A stretch of DNA of 40,782 nucleotides from a virus (lineage: Duplodnaviria > Caudoviricetes), in IMG/VR virus record IMGVR_UViG_3300030397_000385, positions 1-40,782 of that record; one strand, 5' to 3'. The translations under genes and the position numbers were made by a program. Of the stretch, positions 1-8,858 are shown in pieces. How positions within the stretch are numbered: position 1 is the first letter of the stretch; every line of letters begins with the position of its first letter. The notes under the pieces are model-generated. The model was not told where the DNA came from. It made no database searches and saw nothing but the letters and a program-made list of their open reading frames with translations.

Positions 1-52
1 TCTAGCCAGGTAAAAAGTTCGGATAGATATAAATACGGGACCATAGGCTCTC

Positions 53-424
53 CTACCACATACAACGTTCTGTACGGTTCATATTATGCTGTTTAAAACC
101 TGCAGCATTGCCATAACGTTTAACTTGTGAAGGAGTCATGAGGTCAAAAGTCCAATAATAGTTACCAAGCGTTTTTTGTAGAGTCTCAGGAGCTCTCTTT
201 TTCTGCCAAACGACTGGAAGATTAGACTCCATGACTTGGTGCAAACACTCCCAAAGGGCTCGCTGCTCGTACTGCGGATAGGCTTTGGTTTCGAGAGTAA
301 AGCCTGAAGCTAGTTTACGTACAATTTTATAGGCTAATTGATGTTTAAGCAAAAAGTGCTCTTGTCTTTTCTCGAGCATTAAAGCCGCAAATTTATCAGG
401 ATGGATGGCAAGTTCATGTTCCAT
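53..424 (-). CDS. hypothetical protein
   Basis: ORF track 53..430. ATG at 424 has GGAG 7 nt upstream, so it is preferred over the TTG at 430. No family recognised. Confidence 0.7.
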   Translation of the reverse strand: MEHELAIHPDKFAALMLEKRQEHFLLKHQLAYKIVRKLASGFTLETKAYPQYEQRALWECLHQVMESNLPVVWQKKRAPETLQKTLGNYYWTFDLMTPSQVKRYGNAAGFKQHNMNRTERCMW

Positions 425-486
425 GGTCAAGCTCCGTTGCGATTGATAGAATAACTATAAACCGCCCAGGCGCCCAGATGATACAT

Positions 487-520
487 AAAAAAGACCCGCC
501 GAACAAAATGTAGGGCGGGT
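487..520 (-). terminator. intrinsic terminator (- strand)
   Basis: Minus strand reads ACCCGCC-13 nt-GGCGGGT, then C and TTTTTT. Confidence 0.7.
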
Positions 521-586
521 GTACGAAAAGGAAGTTTTAGATGTTCCAGGGATAGACTTTGACCGTTCATCAGTTGGTTGAACGAT
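487..586 (-). ncRNA. candidate ~100-nt small RNA
   Basis: Bounded by promoter TTTACC-17-TAATAT (621-593) and the terminator at 520-487. It has a 5' hairpin ATCGTTCA/TGAACGGT, a pyrimidine-rich single-stranded middle, and no credible ORF. Confidence 0.55.
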
Positions 587-592
587 AAGTCA

Positions 593-621
593 ATATTAAC
601 GATATGCTGTGCCCAGGTAAA
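593..621 (-). promoter_or_regulatory. sigma70-like promoter (- strand)
   Basis: TTTACC, 17-nt spacer, TAATAT; same geometry as the + strand promoters. Confidence 0.6.
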
Positions 622-698
622 CCCGAATTCACTACGTGGTTTATTGCGTCTTTATATGCATGTAATATCTAAAACCTTAACTCTAGACAAAAATTAGA

Positions 699-726
699 TT
701 GCAAGACGCATATAACAAGGCATAAT
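699..726 (+). promoter_or_regulatory. sigma70-like promoter for primase-helicase
   Basis: TTGCAA-16-CATAAT, 30 nt upstream of the ATG at 757. Confidence 0.55.
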
Positions 727-756
727 CAATCGCATTATGTACGAGAGGGCTAATAC

Positions 757-3297
757 ATGAGCAGACCAAATGCTGATTTCATGAAGAATAGAAAGCGACT
801 ATTCAAAGCTCTAGTAAACAACGGATGCTACTTATTCCCCATTAAGAAGCACCGTAAGGTACCTAAAGGCATGTGGGCGGACGAGTCTACTAACGACTGG
901 GATAAAATCCTCGAGTGGGTCAACCGCGGCCATAACATTGGTATTGACACGGGTAAATCAGGTTTACTAGTTATTGATATTGACACCAAGCATCAGACAG
1001 CTGAAGAGATTCAGTTTGACCTAGAAATGCTCTATGGTGACATTCCACCTACCTTTACTGTCAAGACTGCTTCGGGCGGTCTTCATTACTATTTTAAACA
1101 GCCTAATGATTTAGGTAATACCGCTGGCGGGTTATTAACTGACGTTGATACTCGTGGTGTTGGCGGTTATGTGGTGGCCCCAGGTTCAATAGTATTAGAT
1201 AAACAGGTCATTGAAGGTTTATTAGTTGATAAGACATTCAACCACCCTGAGAAAGGTGAAATTGAATACCGCGATTTTGACTATCAGACCTTATATAAAG
1301 AAAACCTTGAATGGCTGTACTACACTCGAGAATCTAAAGGTAAGATTGCCTTTGCTGAGCTACCAGAGCATTACCGCACTAAACTAGAAGAGACTGCTGA
1401 GTCTCCGACTAAAGGAGTTGCTTGTGAAATAGACGAAGAAGATGTGGATACTGATGCAGCGGTCGGTCGAGGTCGTCTTTACTGTGTATCAGAGCATCCA
1501 CCTGCAGTTGAAGGCGAGGGCGGTGATAATACCACCTTCCAACTCTTTGCACGTCTACGAGACATGGGCTTGACAGAAGATACAGCTATTGAGCTGGCTG
1601 AAGAATATTATAACCCTCGCTGTACACCAGAGTGGGACTTTGAAGACCTTCAGCGTATTGCCTCTCACGCTTACACATATGCTAAAGAGCCGCTCGGTAT
1701 CATGTCAGTGCATGCTGACTTTAAATCAGACGACGAAGACGATATTTATAGCGAAGAAGCTTTACAAATCGTTATTCCTGAGACCGGTCAGGTTATTAAT
1801 CCAAAGCTAAACGACAAAATCGCTCCAGACATGACAGCCCATGAAAAGAAGACTGTCAAGAAGAACTCTAAGGTTGACCGTTTAGTAGCTATGTTTCCTG
1901 AGAAGCCAGGCGTCGCTAAGCTTATCTCAATCATGGGTGAAGACCGCATTCACAACCACTACACTGGTAAGATTTACAAACGTTCATCTTTTGCATCTCA
2001 CTATAAGAGCTTAATCCAAGGCAAAGAGTCAGCAGAGGATGCGGCGTCTGATATTGGCTTGTTGGTCAAAGTGGACGACCGCGAGTATTTACCAGGTCAA
2101 GAACTGTTCACAATGGACCCCCGCGACGGTAGCTCTATTGTCTATAACAGTTATAGACCAAGCTTAATCAAGCCAGTCGCTGGTGATACCAAAGTATTCG
2201 ACCGCTTTCTAGAGCGTACAGTTCCTGACAAAGAGGACCGAGAAGTTGTTTTAGACTTCTTAGCCCATGTTGTTCAGAACCCGGGACACAAAATGTCCTT
2301 TGCAATTGTGTTGATTGGTAACCATGGGGTAGGTAAGACGCTGTTAGCTAACCTAATGGGTGAATTAGTTGGTGCTTCTAACTTCCAAAGTGTATCTGCT
2401 GGCCAAGTCAAGAAAGACTTTAACGGCTGGATGATGGATAGACGTTTGCTGCTACTTGATGAGTGTCACGATATTGGTACTCTTGAAATTGCCAACAAAT
2501 TGAAAGAATACATTGCCAACACTATTGTCAGTGTCGAGCGTAAAGGTATGGACGTTGTGAAGGCTAAAAACTTTGCTGACTTCATCCTAACCTCTAACTA
2601 TGATGATGCGGTTCGTGCTGATGAAGGTGAACGCCGATACTACGTTATCAATACCAAGACTCAAGTGCGATTAGATAGCGAGATTAAACAGTTGTGTGCT
2701 GAACTGTGGGAATATATCAACGTACCTCAGAACCCAGACTATCAAGCAGCTTTATCTGCTATCATGCATAAACTAATGTCTCGTGACCTTTCAAACTTCA
2801 ATCCTCATGTTCTACCTAAGCAGACCAAAGCTTTCAAACAAATGATTAAAGCTAATCGCTCTGACTGGCAAGCAGAACTTGACTACTTGATTGATAATAA
2901 AGAAGGTACCTTTAAGTATGATGTGTTCGGTTTACGAGACATTATTCAATTGCTTAAAGATGCAGGCTTTACTAAGATTCGTCAGGGCACAGTGTGCACC
3001 TATTTAAAAGATAAAGGCTGCTTGTATCGACAGGATGTCAAATATCGCACCAAAGATGGTTACATCCGCGACGACATTCTAGTTGTACGTAACCAGGAGC
3101 TTTGGGAACCAATCCTCCACACCCGCGGTGAAGGCACGAAGATTCTGGCTCTGTACTGTATTAAGTTCACTAAGGGTACAGCCCGAGAGTTCGAGCCTGA
3201 AGATGACAAACCTGTTAATGTTCATACATTTGTAAAAGAAGCCCGCGAAGCTGTCAAAGCTAACGACAATTCTAAAGTCACACCTATTAAAAAGTAA
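757..3297 (+). CDS. bifunctional primase-polymerase (Prim-Pol) fused to PriCT-like and SF3/D5-like (DUF5906-type) helicase
   Basis: N-terminal NIGIDTG..LLVIDID, TVKTASGGLHYYF and DTRGVGGYVVAPGS motifs. C-terminal Walker A GNHGVGKT, Walker B LLLLDE and FILTSN..ERRY. Confidence 0.9.
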   Translation: MSRPNADFMKNRKRLFKALVNNGCYLFPIKKHRKVPKGMWADESTNDWDKILEWVNRGHNIGIDTGKSGLLVIDIDTKHQTAEEIQFDLEMLYGDIPPTFTVKTASGGLHYYFKQPNDLGNTAGGLLTDVDTRGVGGYVVAPGSIVLDKQVIEGLLVDKTFNHPEKGEIEYRDFDYQTLYKENLEWLYYTRESKGKIAFAELPEHYRTKLEETAESPTKGVACEIDEEDVDTDAAVGRGRLYCVSEHPPAVEGEGGDNTTFQLFARLRDMGLTEDTAIELAEEYYNPRCTPEWDFEDLQRIASHAYTYAKEPLGIMSVHADFKSDDEDDIYSEEALQIVIPETGQVINPKLNDKIAPDMTAHEKKTVKKNSKVDRLVAMFPEKPGVAKLISIMGEDRIHNHYTGKIYKRSSFASHYKSLIQGKESAEDAASDIGLLVKVDDREYLPGQELFTMDPRDGSSIVYNSYRPSLIKPVAGDTKVFDRFLERTVPDKEDREVVLDFLAHVVQNPGHKMSFAIVLIGNHGVGKTLLANLMGELVGASNFQSVSAGQVKKDFNGWMMDRRLLLLDECHDIGTLEIANKLKEYIANTIVSVERKGMDVVKAKNFADFILTSNYDDAVRADEGERRYYVINTKTQVRLDSEIKQLCAELWEYINVPQNPDYQAALSAIMHKLMSRDLSNFNPHVLPKQTKAFKQMIKANRSDWQAELDYLIDNKEGTFKYDVFGLRDIIQLLKDAGFTKIRQGTVCTYLKDKGCLYRQDVKYRTKDGYIRDDILVVRNQELWEPILHTRGEGTKILALYCIKFTKGTAREFEPEDDKPVNVHTFVKEAREAVKANDNSKVTPIKK

Positions 3298-3311
3298 TAT
3301 GCTAGGCTAAT

Positions 3312-3345
3312 GCTTGTTTAAACCGCAATCATTAGCCTTTATTAT
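3312..3345 (+). promoter_or_regulatory. phage promoter GCTTG-TTTAAA-17-TATTAT
   Basis: Matches the recurring motif; the -35 is flanked by inverted repeat AGGCTAATG/CATTAGCCT. Confidence 0.6.
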
Positions 3346-3382
3346 ATACGAGTTCATTGAGCGTACAGAAGGAAAGAATCAT

Positions 3383-3931
3383 ATGTCTAAGACTGTTAAA
3401 TTATCTGTTGAAGTAAGTCCTACTTTGGCAATGCAAATCCTAGAGCTAATCGCCGGCGGCGCCCTACCGACCACAACGGTTGTTAACAATGTAGGCGAAA
3501 GCGGTTCTGGCCCTGAGCCAACTGTTGATGAAGCTGCGGCTAAAGAGGTTGCTGATGAAGAAGAGCAAGCTGACGAAGAGCCAGAAGAAGACCCTGAAGA
3601 AGCTGAAGAAGCTTCGGAAGAAGAGTCTGAAGACGCTGAAGAAGAACCTGAAGAAGAAGAATCGGCTGACGACGAAGAACCTGAAGCGGATGATGAAGAA
3701 GGCGAAGAAGAATCAGATGAAGGTGATGCTCCTGAATACACCCTCGACGACATCCGAGCAGAACTAGGTAAATTCATGAAATCGTATAAAACTCAAGCAG
3801 CAGGTAAGAAAGCCCTCGGCGGCATCCTTGCCGGTCTACCGACACCAGCCAAGTGTCTGTCAGACGTTGAAGAGAGCGAGTACGGTGATTTAATGGCGGC
3901 TATTAGCGGTGACGATGACCCACTAGCATAA
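3383..3931 (+). CDS. highly acidic phage replication-module protein (family usually found upstream of DUF2800)
   Basis: ATG 3383 follows AAGGA. Has an E/D-rich linker, a C-terminal helical domain YTLDDIRAEL..KCLSDV..YGDL, and ends in DDDPLA. Confidence 0.75.
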   Translation: MSKTVKLSVEVSPTLAMQILELIAGGALPTTTVVNNVGESGSGPEPTVDEAAAKEVADEEEQADEEPEEDPEEAEEASEEESEDAEEEPEEEESADDEEPEADDEEGEEESDEGDAPEYTLDDIRAELGKFMKSYKTQAAGKKALGGILAGLPTPAKCLSDVEESEYGDLMAAISGDDDPLA

Positions 3932-3943
3932 TAACCCATTCTA

Positions 3944-3981
3944 CTGATCAAGCCAGGAAGCAATTCCTGGCTTATTACTTT
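3944..3981 (+). repeat. conserved GNRA hairpin element, copy 1
   Basis: CTGATC-AAGCCAGGAA-GCAA-TTCCTGGCTT-ATTACTTT; paralogous to 8510-8545. Confidence 0.7.
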
Positions 3982-3991
3982 GGAGAGCAAT

Positions 3992-5422
3992 ATGGCTGAG
4001 AATAGAGATTTACGGACGCCAGACGAACGAGCTCACGCGGTCCTATCCGCATCGGGCTCTCACCGCTGGATTAACTGTAACGGTTCAGTTTCCCTATCAT
4101 TACGTGTCGACCCGGCGCTTAAACGTGGTCAAACGGTCTATGCTGCTGAAGGTTCAGCTGCTCACTTCTTATGTGAACACTGTCTTGAGCACAATACCAA
4201 CGCATCAGAATACGAAGGCATGAAGGTTGTACCTGAAGGACCGCTTTTCGATGCGTCTGTGTCTGACGATGACATTAAGGCGGACACCGGACATGAGTAT
4301 GTCTTTGTTGTTACTGAAGAAATGGTAGATGCAGTGCAATGCTACCTTGAGTATATTGACACCCTCCGCAGTCAGTGCCTGTTTGACTCAGAAGAATTCA
4401 TTGAGAAGTCAGGTAGTCTAGTTGAACTCTGGACAGACATTAAAAAGAAAGCGCCTAAGCATGAATGGACTAAACATATGTTTGGTACCTCGGATTTCAT
4501 CTTAGAAGCCTTTATTGATGGTGTCTTGCATATCGTCGACTTCAAGTATGGAGCAGGTATTGCAGTTGACCCCGATGACAACAGTCAGCTTATGTACTAT
4601 GCTGCGGCTTATGCTGGTGAGAACTTGCCAATGTATGACCAAGTGGCTTTACATATCGTGCAACCTCGTGCTTTCCACTCTGGCGGTGAATGTCGTGTAT
4701 GGTATACAACAGGTCAATACATCTATGACTACTTTGCAGACACAGCCTTTCCAGCTGCTGAGACTTGTGTTGAAGTAGAAGAAATGGTTCGTGAAGTCGA
4801 AGAGCAATACTGTGACGACCCGGACTACTTGAAGATTAAGATTGTTGAAACTGTATCTCCATACCTTCATGCGTGTGAAGAAGCATGTCAATGGTGTGAT
4901 GCAGTGGTTGACTGTCCTAAGTTCACGCAAGAGATGGTTGCCAATGCTCAGAACGATTTCATGGTCGATGAGCCACCTGCTAAACTCGATGCGCTTCCTC
5001 TACCTCAAACCCAGGAACAGCTCCATCGTGCTATGCTCTGGGTGCCGATGTTGAAGAAGTGGCTTAAAGCTGTTGAGCAAGGAGCTGATAACTTCACCAT
5101 GAATGGGCATACTATTCCTGGCTTCAAACGTGTGGCTAAACGTGCCACTAAGAAATACACGGATGAAGAAGCAGTTATCAAGCTGATGAAGAAGAAGCGA
5201 TTTAAGAAAGGCGAGTATATTCAAGAGAAACTACTCACACCAGCCCAGATGCTTAAATTGCTTCCGGAATGCGAAGAGCTCGAAGCACTAATCTTATCTG
5301 AATCGAGCGGCACGACTGTAGTGCCGATGAGCGATAAACGAGCAGAAGTACGTATTTCTGCAGCATCTGACTTTGATGACGACGATGATGATGAAGATGA
5401 ACTAGCAATCCCCGGTAAGTAA
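3992..5422 (+). CDS. DUF2800 family PD-(D/E)XK (Cas4-like) nuclease
   Basis: HAVLSASGSHRWINC, AAEGSAAH, FGTSD, IVDFKYG, NSQLMYYA, IVQPR and C..W/C cluster. GGAG precedes ATG 3992. Confidence 0.9.
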   Translation: MAENRDLRTPDERAHAVLSASGSHRWINCNGSVSLSLRVDPALKRGQTVYAAEGSAAHFLCEHCLEHNTNASEYEGMKVVPEGPLFDASVSDDDIKADTGHEYVFVVTEEMVDAVQCYLEYIDTLRSQCLFDSEEFIEKSGSLVELWTDIKKKAPKHEWTKHMFGTSDFILEAFIDGVLHIVDFKYGAGIAVDPDDNSQLMYYAAAYAGENLPMYDQVALHIVQPRAFHSGGECRVWYTTGQYIYDYFADTAFPAAETCVEVEEMVREVEEQYCDDPDYLKIKIVETVSPYLHACEEACQWCDAVVDCPKFTQEMVANAQNDFMVDEPPAKLDALPLPQTQEQLHRAMLWVPMLKKWLKAVEQGADNFTMNGHTIPGFKRVAKRATKKYTDEEAVIKLMKKKRFKKGEYIQEKLLTPAQMLKLLPECEELEALILSESSGTTVVPMSDKRAEVRISAASDFDDDDDDEDELAIPGK

Positions 5423-5425
5423 CTT

Positions 5426-5469
5426 GCTGGTATACGAACGATGTGACTAAGCTTATAGTTACATCGTTC
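5426..5469 (+). promoter_or_regulatory. phage promoter GCTGG-TATACG-17-TATAGT overlapped by a 14-bp inverted repeat
   Basis: The IR is GAACGATGTGACTA (5436-5449) / TAGTTACATCGTTC (5456-5469). Confidence 0.55.
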
Positions 5470-5541
5470 TCAACAAGAACACTCCTTTTGAATGAAAGTA
5501 GTAAACTCGTGCATGGTGCAATTAAAATAAGGAGGCCAATT

Positions 5542-6165
5542 ATGGCTAAGCAAGAACGTGTGAAACTTCGCACACCCCCATTCCGTCTATCTTTCCCTAA
5601 CGTATTCGCTCCTTCGTCATACGAAGGCTCAGCTCCTAAGTACAGCATCTCTATGTTGTTCTACCCTGAGAAGATGAACAAGAAACAACTAGCATCGTTT
5701 AAAGCTATGGAAAAAGCTGCTGATACTGCTATTCGTGACAAGTTCAAAATCGCGAAAGGTAAAAAGATTCCATCTAACATCAAGCAACCTCTTCGCGATG
5801 GTGACGAAAAGCCTGATTTAGACGGTTACGGTGACGGCTGTCGCTTTGCTTCCGCTTCTTCTAAAATGCGTCCAGGCGTAATTGATTTGGACGGCGTCGA
5901 AATTGACGACCCTGAAGAACTATACGCAGGTTGCTGGTGTCGCGCAACATTGACTGTATACGGCTATGACAACATCGGTAAAGGTGCTGCCTTCGGTCTA
6001 TACAATATTCAGAAACTGGCTGATGATGAATCATTCTCTAGCCGTACGTCTGCTGAAGATGACTTCGCTGATGACGATTGGGACGATGATGATTTAGAAG
6101 GCATGATTGGTGCAGGTCACCAAGATGGCTCTGATGACGACGATGATGACGACCCACTAGCGTAA
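5542..6165 (+). CDS. DUF2815 family single-stranded DNA-binding protein
   Basis: RLSFPNVF, KYSISML, PLRDGD, YAGCW.RA, GAAFGLYNIQKL..DE.F motifs; acidic tail; strong TAAGGAGG RBS. Confidence 0.9.
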   Translation: MAKQERVKLRTPPFRLSFPNVFAPSSYEGSAPKYSISMLFYPEKMNKKQLASFKAMEKAADTAIRDKFKIAKGKKIPSNIKQPLRDGDEKPDLDGYGDGCRFASASSKMRPGVIDLDGVEIDDPEELYAGCWCRATLTVYGYDNIGKGAAFGLYNIQKLADDESFSSRTSAEDDFADDDWDDDDLEGMIGAGHQDGSDDDDDDDPLA

Positions 6166-6181
6166 ATCGCATCCTTAATAG

Positions 6182-6209
6182 AAAAAGCCCGCTGACCAGC
6201 GGGCTTTTT
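6182..6209. terminator. bidirectional intrinsic terminator
   Basis: AAAAA-GCCCGCT-GACC-AGCGGGC-TTTTT between convergent genes. Confidence 0.9.
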
Positions 6210-6214
6210 ATTTA

Positions 6215-6775
6215 TTAGTTCGGGGCTAATACATCTAGAATATCATCAACATATAGCATCGAGATGAACAAGTCTTTCTCTCCTACTGGGTTATCAGGAT
6301 TGATAAACTCAAGGGCATAACATACTCCAGGGGTAAGAGCGATTGGAAACTCAAAGTCTGCATCAATATAGCGTCTATTATTTGGAGCTTCAACAGCTAG
6401 GTATTCCCAGCCGGCTAACTGAGTACCGAAGTCCGTAATAGTAGCATCTCGATAGACTTTCGTGTCAGGCGTAGTCTCTGGAGCTAGTACACGGTTTAAG
6501 TTCAAACCAAAAATTTCAGTCCCTGTACCAGGTGTAAAAGTGACGCCTTCATAGAATTTCATCCCTAAAGTCGCCATTCGACCTGAAAGAGCAAGCTGCG
6601 ACAATACTGTTACACTATCTGAAGGCTCAATCACATAGGTTACTGAGCCTCCAGTACCTGGTACTTCTACATTGTCACCTAGCGCAAATAAGATTCCGCG
6701 ACGGATAAGGTCTGCTCTTAAAGACATATTAACGACGTTTTGATAAAACGCCAAGGGTGATTGGGTGCGTGGCAT
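6215..6775 (-). CDS. hypothetical protein, possibly a beta-rich virion component
   Basis: Good AGGAG RBS. Beta-strand pattern with a YEG.T.T..GT...NLNR motif. Lone - strand gene in the + strand module. Confidence 0.75.
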   Translation of the reverse strand: MPRTQSPLAFYQNVVNMSLRADLIRRGILFALGDNVEVPGTGGSVTYVIEPSDSVTVLSQLALSGRMATLGMKFYEGVTFTPGTGTEIFGLNLNRVLAPETTPDTKVYRDATITDFGTQLAGWEYLAVEAPNNRRYIDADFEFPIALTPGVCYALEFINPDNPVGEKDLFISMLYVDDILDVLAPN

Positions 6776-6837
6776 GGTATTCTCCTCTCGATATTAGTGC
6801 GCATTTTATCGCGCTGGGTATCTTTTTTGAGCTGTTC

Positions 6838-6871
6838 GCTTGTTTACGCTAAAGCGGTTAGTGACTAATAT
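6838..6871 (+). promoter_or_regulatory. phage promoter GCTTG-TTTACG-17-TAATAT
   Basis: Shares the 14-mer GTTCGCTTGTTTAC with 11167-11180. Confidence 0.7.
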
Positions 6872-6904
6872 CATAATATCAGCAACTCATCGAGACGTAA
6901 CATA

Positions 6905-7450
6905 ATGAAAAATAAACCAGTAACACCATACTGCTTAACTCTGCAAAGCGTGCTCAATGAATTCTCAAAATACGCCATCAAACTATCCGAAGCTCGCGAG
7001 TATGGGATTAAGCATTCAGGTGGTGATAAAAGCAGAGTGAACACAACAGGCTTGAAACTAGCACAAGAATTAAAAGCTCTGGTCTTAGCGCCAGAGTTCA
7101 CAAAGTTTACCCGTGGCTTAAAGCCAGAGGTATTAAACACCCATGTGGTAGTGTCACGACCGCATGCAATTTCTATCAACCAACCAACTTATAAGGCAAC
7201 TTACGAGTTAGCAAGTATGGCTCTCATGTTGGGCAATACCTGTTTGATGAAAGAGGGTGAATTTCAACCAGGCACATTCCAACACCGATGCTTTAGCTTC
7301 TTAAAGAACCTCTGCCGTAAAATCCATGACATCTCGATTAAGATGCTAGGCTTTTTAAACGGTGGCATCGCGCCAATCATGAGCCACTTCCTAAACTCTA
7401 TGTCTCACGAAGTCGATACCTGGGGAGCGAAAGACGATGGCAAAGCCTAA
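6905..7450 (+). CDS. hypothetical protein
   Basis: 181-aa ORF downstream of the promoter, overlapping the next gene. Confidence 0.7.
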   Translation: MKNKPVTPYCLTLQSVLNEFSKYAIKLSEAREYGIKHSGGDKSRVNTTGLKLAQELKALVLAPEFTKFTRGLKPEVLNTHVVVSRPHAISINQPTYKATYELASMALMLGNTCLMKEGEFQPGTFQHRCFSFLKNLCRKIHDISIKMLGFLNGGIAPIMSHFLNSMSHEVDTWGAKDDGKA

Positions 7451-7943
7451 AATGATATTACTCCAAGACCAAGGCCGTAAGAACACACCGATTTCTCGTT
7501 ATTTCGCAGAAATGGTAGACCGCACAGATGCTCTGCAGCAAAGTCTTGCACCTTATAACGATACGATTGACCGAGCTGATAAATCGATTGAGACGATTGA
7601 CGCTGAAATCGATGCTTGTTATGAGAGAGCAGCTACCTTGGAGCAGCAGCGATTAGAACTAGAAGGCGTTATTAATGACGCCAATAAATCCCGACAAAAG
7701 ATTTCGCAGGCTCATGGCGACTCTATTGTTGAGTACAATCAATCCTTCTTTGTGCAAGCAGCCAAGGATTACAAGGTGCCTGAATTGGCAGACAAATCTA
7801 AGTCCTGGGATATAGACTTTGCCTATTACCCGACTTTCGGCTTTGTTTTCATTACTGAGCACCAAGCGATAACTAACGAAAATATCATCCCTGATGACGA
7901 TGAAGGCGGTATGTCAGATTGGATGGACTCAGTCAACAACTAA
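7437..7943 (+). CDS. hypothetical coiled-coil protein
   Basis: GGAG RBS, heptad-like segment, acidic end. Confidence 0.75.
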   Translation: MAKPKMILLQDQGRKNTPISRYFAEMVDRTDALQQSLAPYNDTIDRADKSIETIDAEIDACYERAATLEQQRLELEGVINDANKSRQKISQAHGDSIVEYNQSFFVQAAKDYKVPELADKSKSWDIDFAYYPTFGFVFITEHQAITNENIIPDDDEGGMSDWMDSVNN

Positions 7944-7957
7944 AAGGAAGTTAACCT

Positions 7958-8485
7958 ATGAATAAATCAAACTTACTAGGAATTGCACTAATTCTGGTGG
8001 CCTGTTTATTGACCTGGGCGGCCGTAGCAGCTGAAGAGTTCAAACCTATTGGTTCAGCAGCCTATGTTAATTCAGGCTTGACTCCTCATGTAATGCATGA
8101 GCTTCCAGTCTCTGAAAACGAAGTAGACGCCTTTACCCTCATGGGCATTGGCTGTATGCATGAAATCAACGCAGACTCAAGCTTTGTTGATGGTAAAGAA
8201 GTAATCCACGATGCCACAGTAGTTGGCACCGAATGCATCCCGTTCATGGAAGCGCCTTTGATGCCTTTAATCATGGACAGTGTTCCCTCCCATTTGGTCA
8301 AGAAAGATGGCGTTATCCTCGGACATGAAGCGGTAGACAATCCTGCTGCAATCTGTAATCTCCAGGGCTATATCTACACTGCATTCTTACCGGTAGTTGA
8401 AGGTGAAGATATTGTGGCCATTGAAGAGCGCATCGTTGGCATCCTGATTACGCAGAAAGCCTGCTCTGAGTTAGTTCCTATCTAA
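7958..8485 (+). CDS. putative exported/periplasmic protein
   Basis: Signal peptide MNKSNLLGIALILVACLLTWAAVAA; four Cys in the mature part; AAGGA RBS. Confidence 0.75.
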   Translation: MNKSNLLGIALILVACLLTWAAVAAEEFKPIGSAAYVNSGLTPHVMHELPVSENEVDAFTLMGIGCMHEINADSSFVDGKEVIHDATVVGTECIPFMEAPLMPLIMDSVPSHLVKKDGVILGHEAVDNPAAICNLQGYIYTAFLPVVEGEDIVAIEERIVGILITQKACSELVPI

Positions 8486-8509
8486 TAGACCATGAATCAT
8501 AGATAAATG

Positions 8510-8545
8510 CTGATTAAGCCAGACGCGAGTCTGGCTTATTATTTT
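8510..8545 (+). repeat. conserved GNRA hairpin element, copy 2
   Basis: CTGAT-TAAGCCAGAC-GCGA-GTCTGGCTTA-TTATTTT. Confidence 0.7.
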
Positions 8546-8561
8546 ATATGGAGGTAAGTAT

Positions 8562-8858
8562 ATGCCACGTGACATGAATACTAAGACCCCTGATATGGCT
8601 AATATTCCTAACTACGAAGAACTAGCCATCTCACGAGAAGAAATTCTCAAAGACCTGGGGCGACGCATTGAGCAAGCTGACCGCATAGTTGAGCTCGGTA
8701 ATGCGTTGAAGCAGAACGTCTATTCTGCAGGTCGAAAGTGCGGTATTACTAAAGAAGAAATCAATCGGGCTAAGTTTTTGAATACTGTAGCCGACTTGGG
8801 CGAAGACTTCTTAAATGAAGTTGACCCTCAAGACTTAGATAGGATTAAACAACGATGA
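8562..8858 (+). CDS. hypothetical protein
   Basis: GGAGG RBS; ATGA overlap with the polymerase gene. Confidence 0.75.
   Translation: MPRDMNTKTPDMANIPNYEELAISREEILKDLGRRIEQADRIVELGNALKQNVYSAGRKCGITKEEINRAKFLNTVADLGEDFLNEVDPQDLDRIKQR

Noticed and set aside
541-555. + strand mini-ORF MFQG with an apparent RBS
   Set aside because: Only 4 codons and no + strand promoter upstream; better explained as the complement of the sRNA seed, though not excluded.
567-573. CTGATGA (- strand), the hammerhead core, within the candidate sRNA
   Set aside because: No stem II followed by GAAA and no stem III/UH site.
645-710. TGCGTCTT/AAGACGCA inverted repeat around an AT-rich tract as the replication origin
   Set aside because: Plausible position upstream of the primase, but only 8 bp and no iterons; insufficient support.
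3379-3777. Ser-rich (-) and Lys-rich (+, 3525-3767) ORFs
   Set aside because: Shadow frames of the GAA-rich acidic gene; 13466-13756 and 13570-13773 are similar shadows of the Lys/Ala-rich gene.
3797-3807. 11-nt complement (GCAGCAGGTAA) to the element B loop
   Set aside because: Mid-CDS location; several 11-mer matches are expected by chance for a query region of this size.
3992-5422. Cas4-like nuclease as a sign of CRISPR
   Set aside because: DUF2800 is a standard phage replication-module gene; no cas1/cas2 and no repeat-spacer array are visible.
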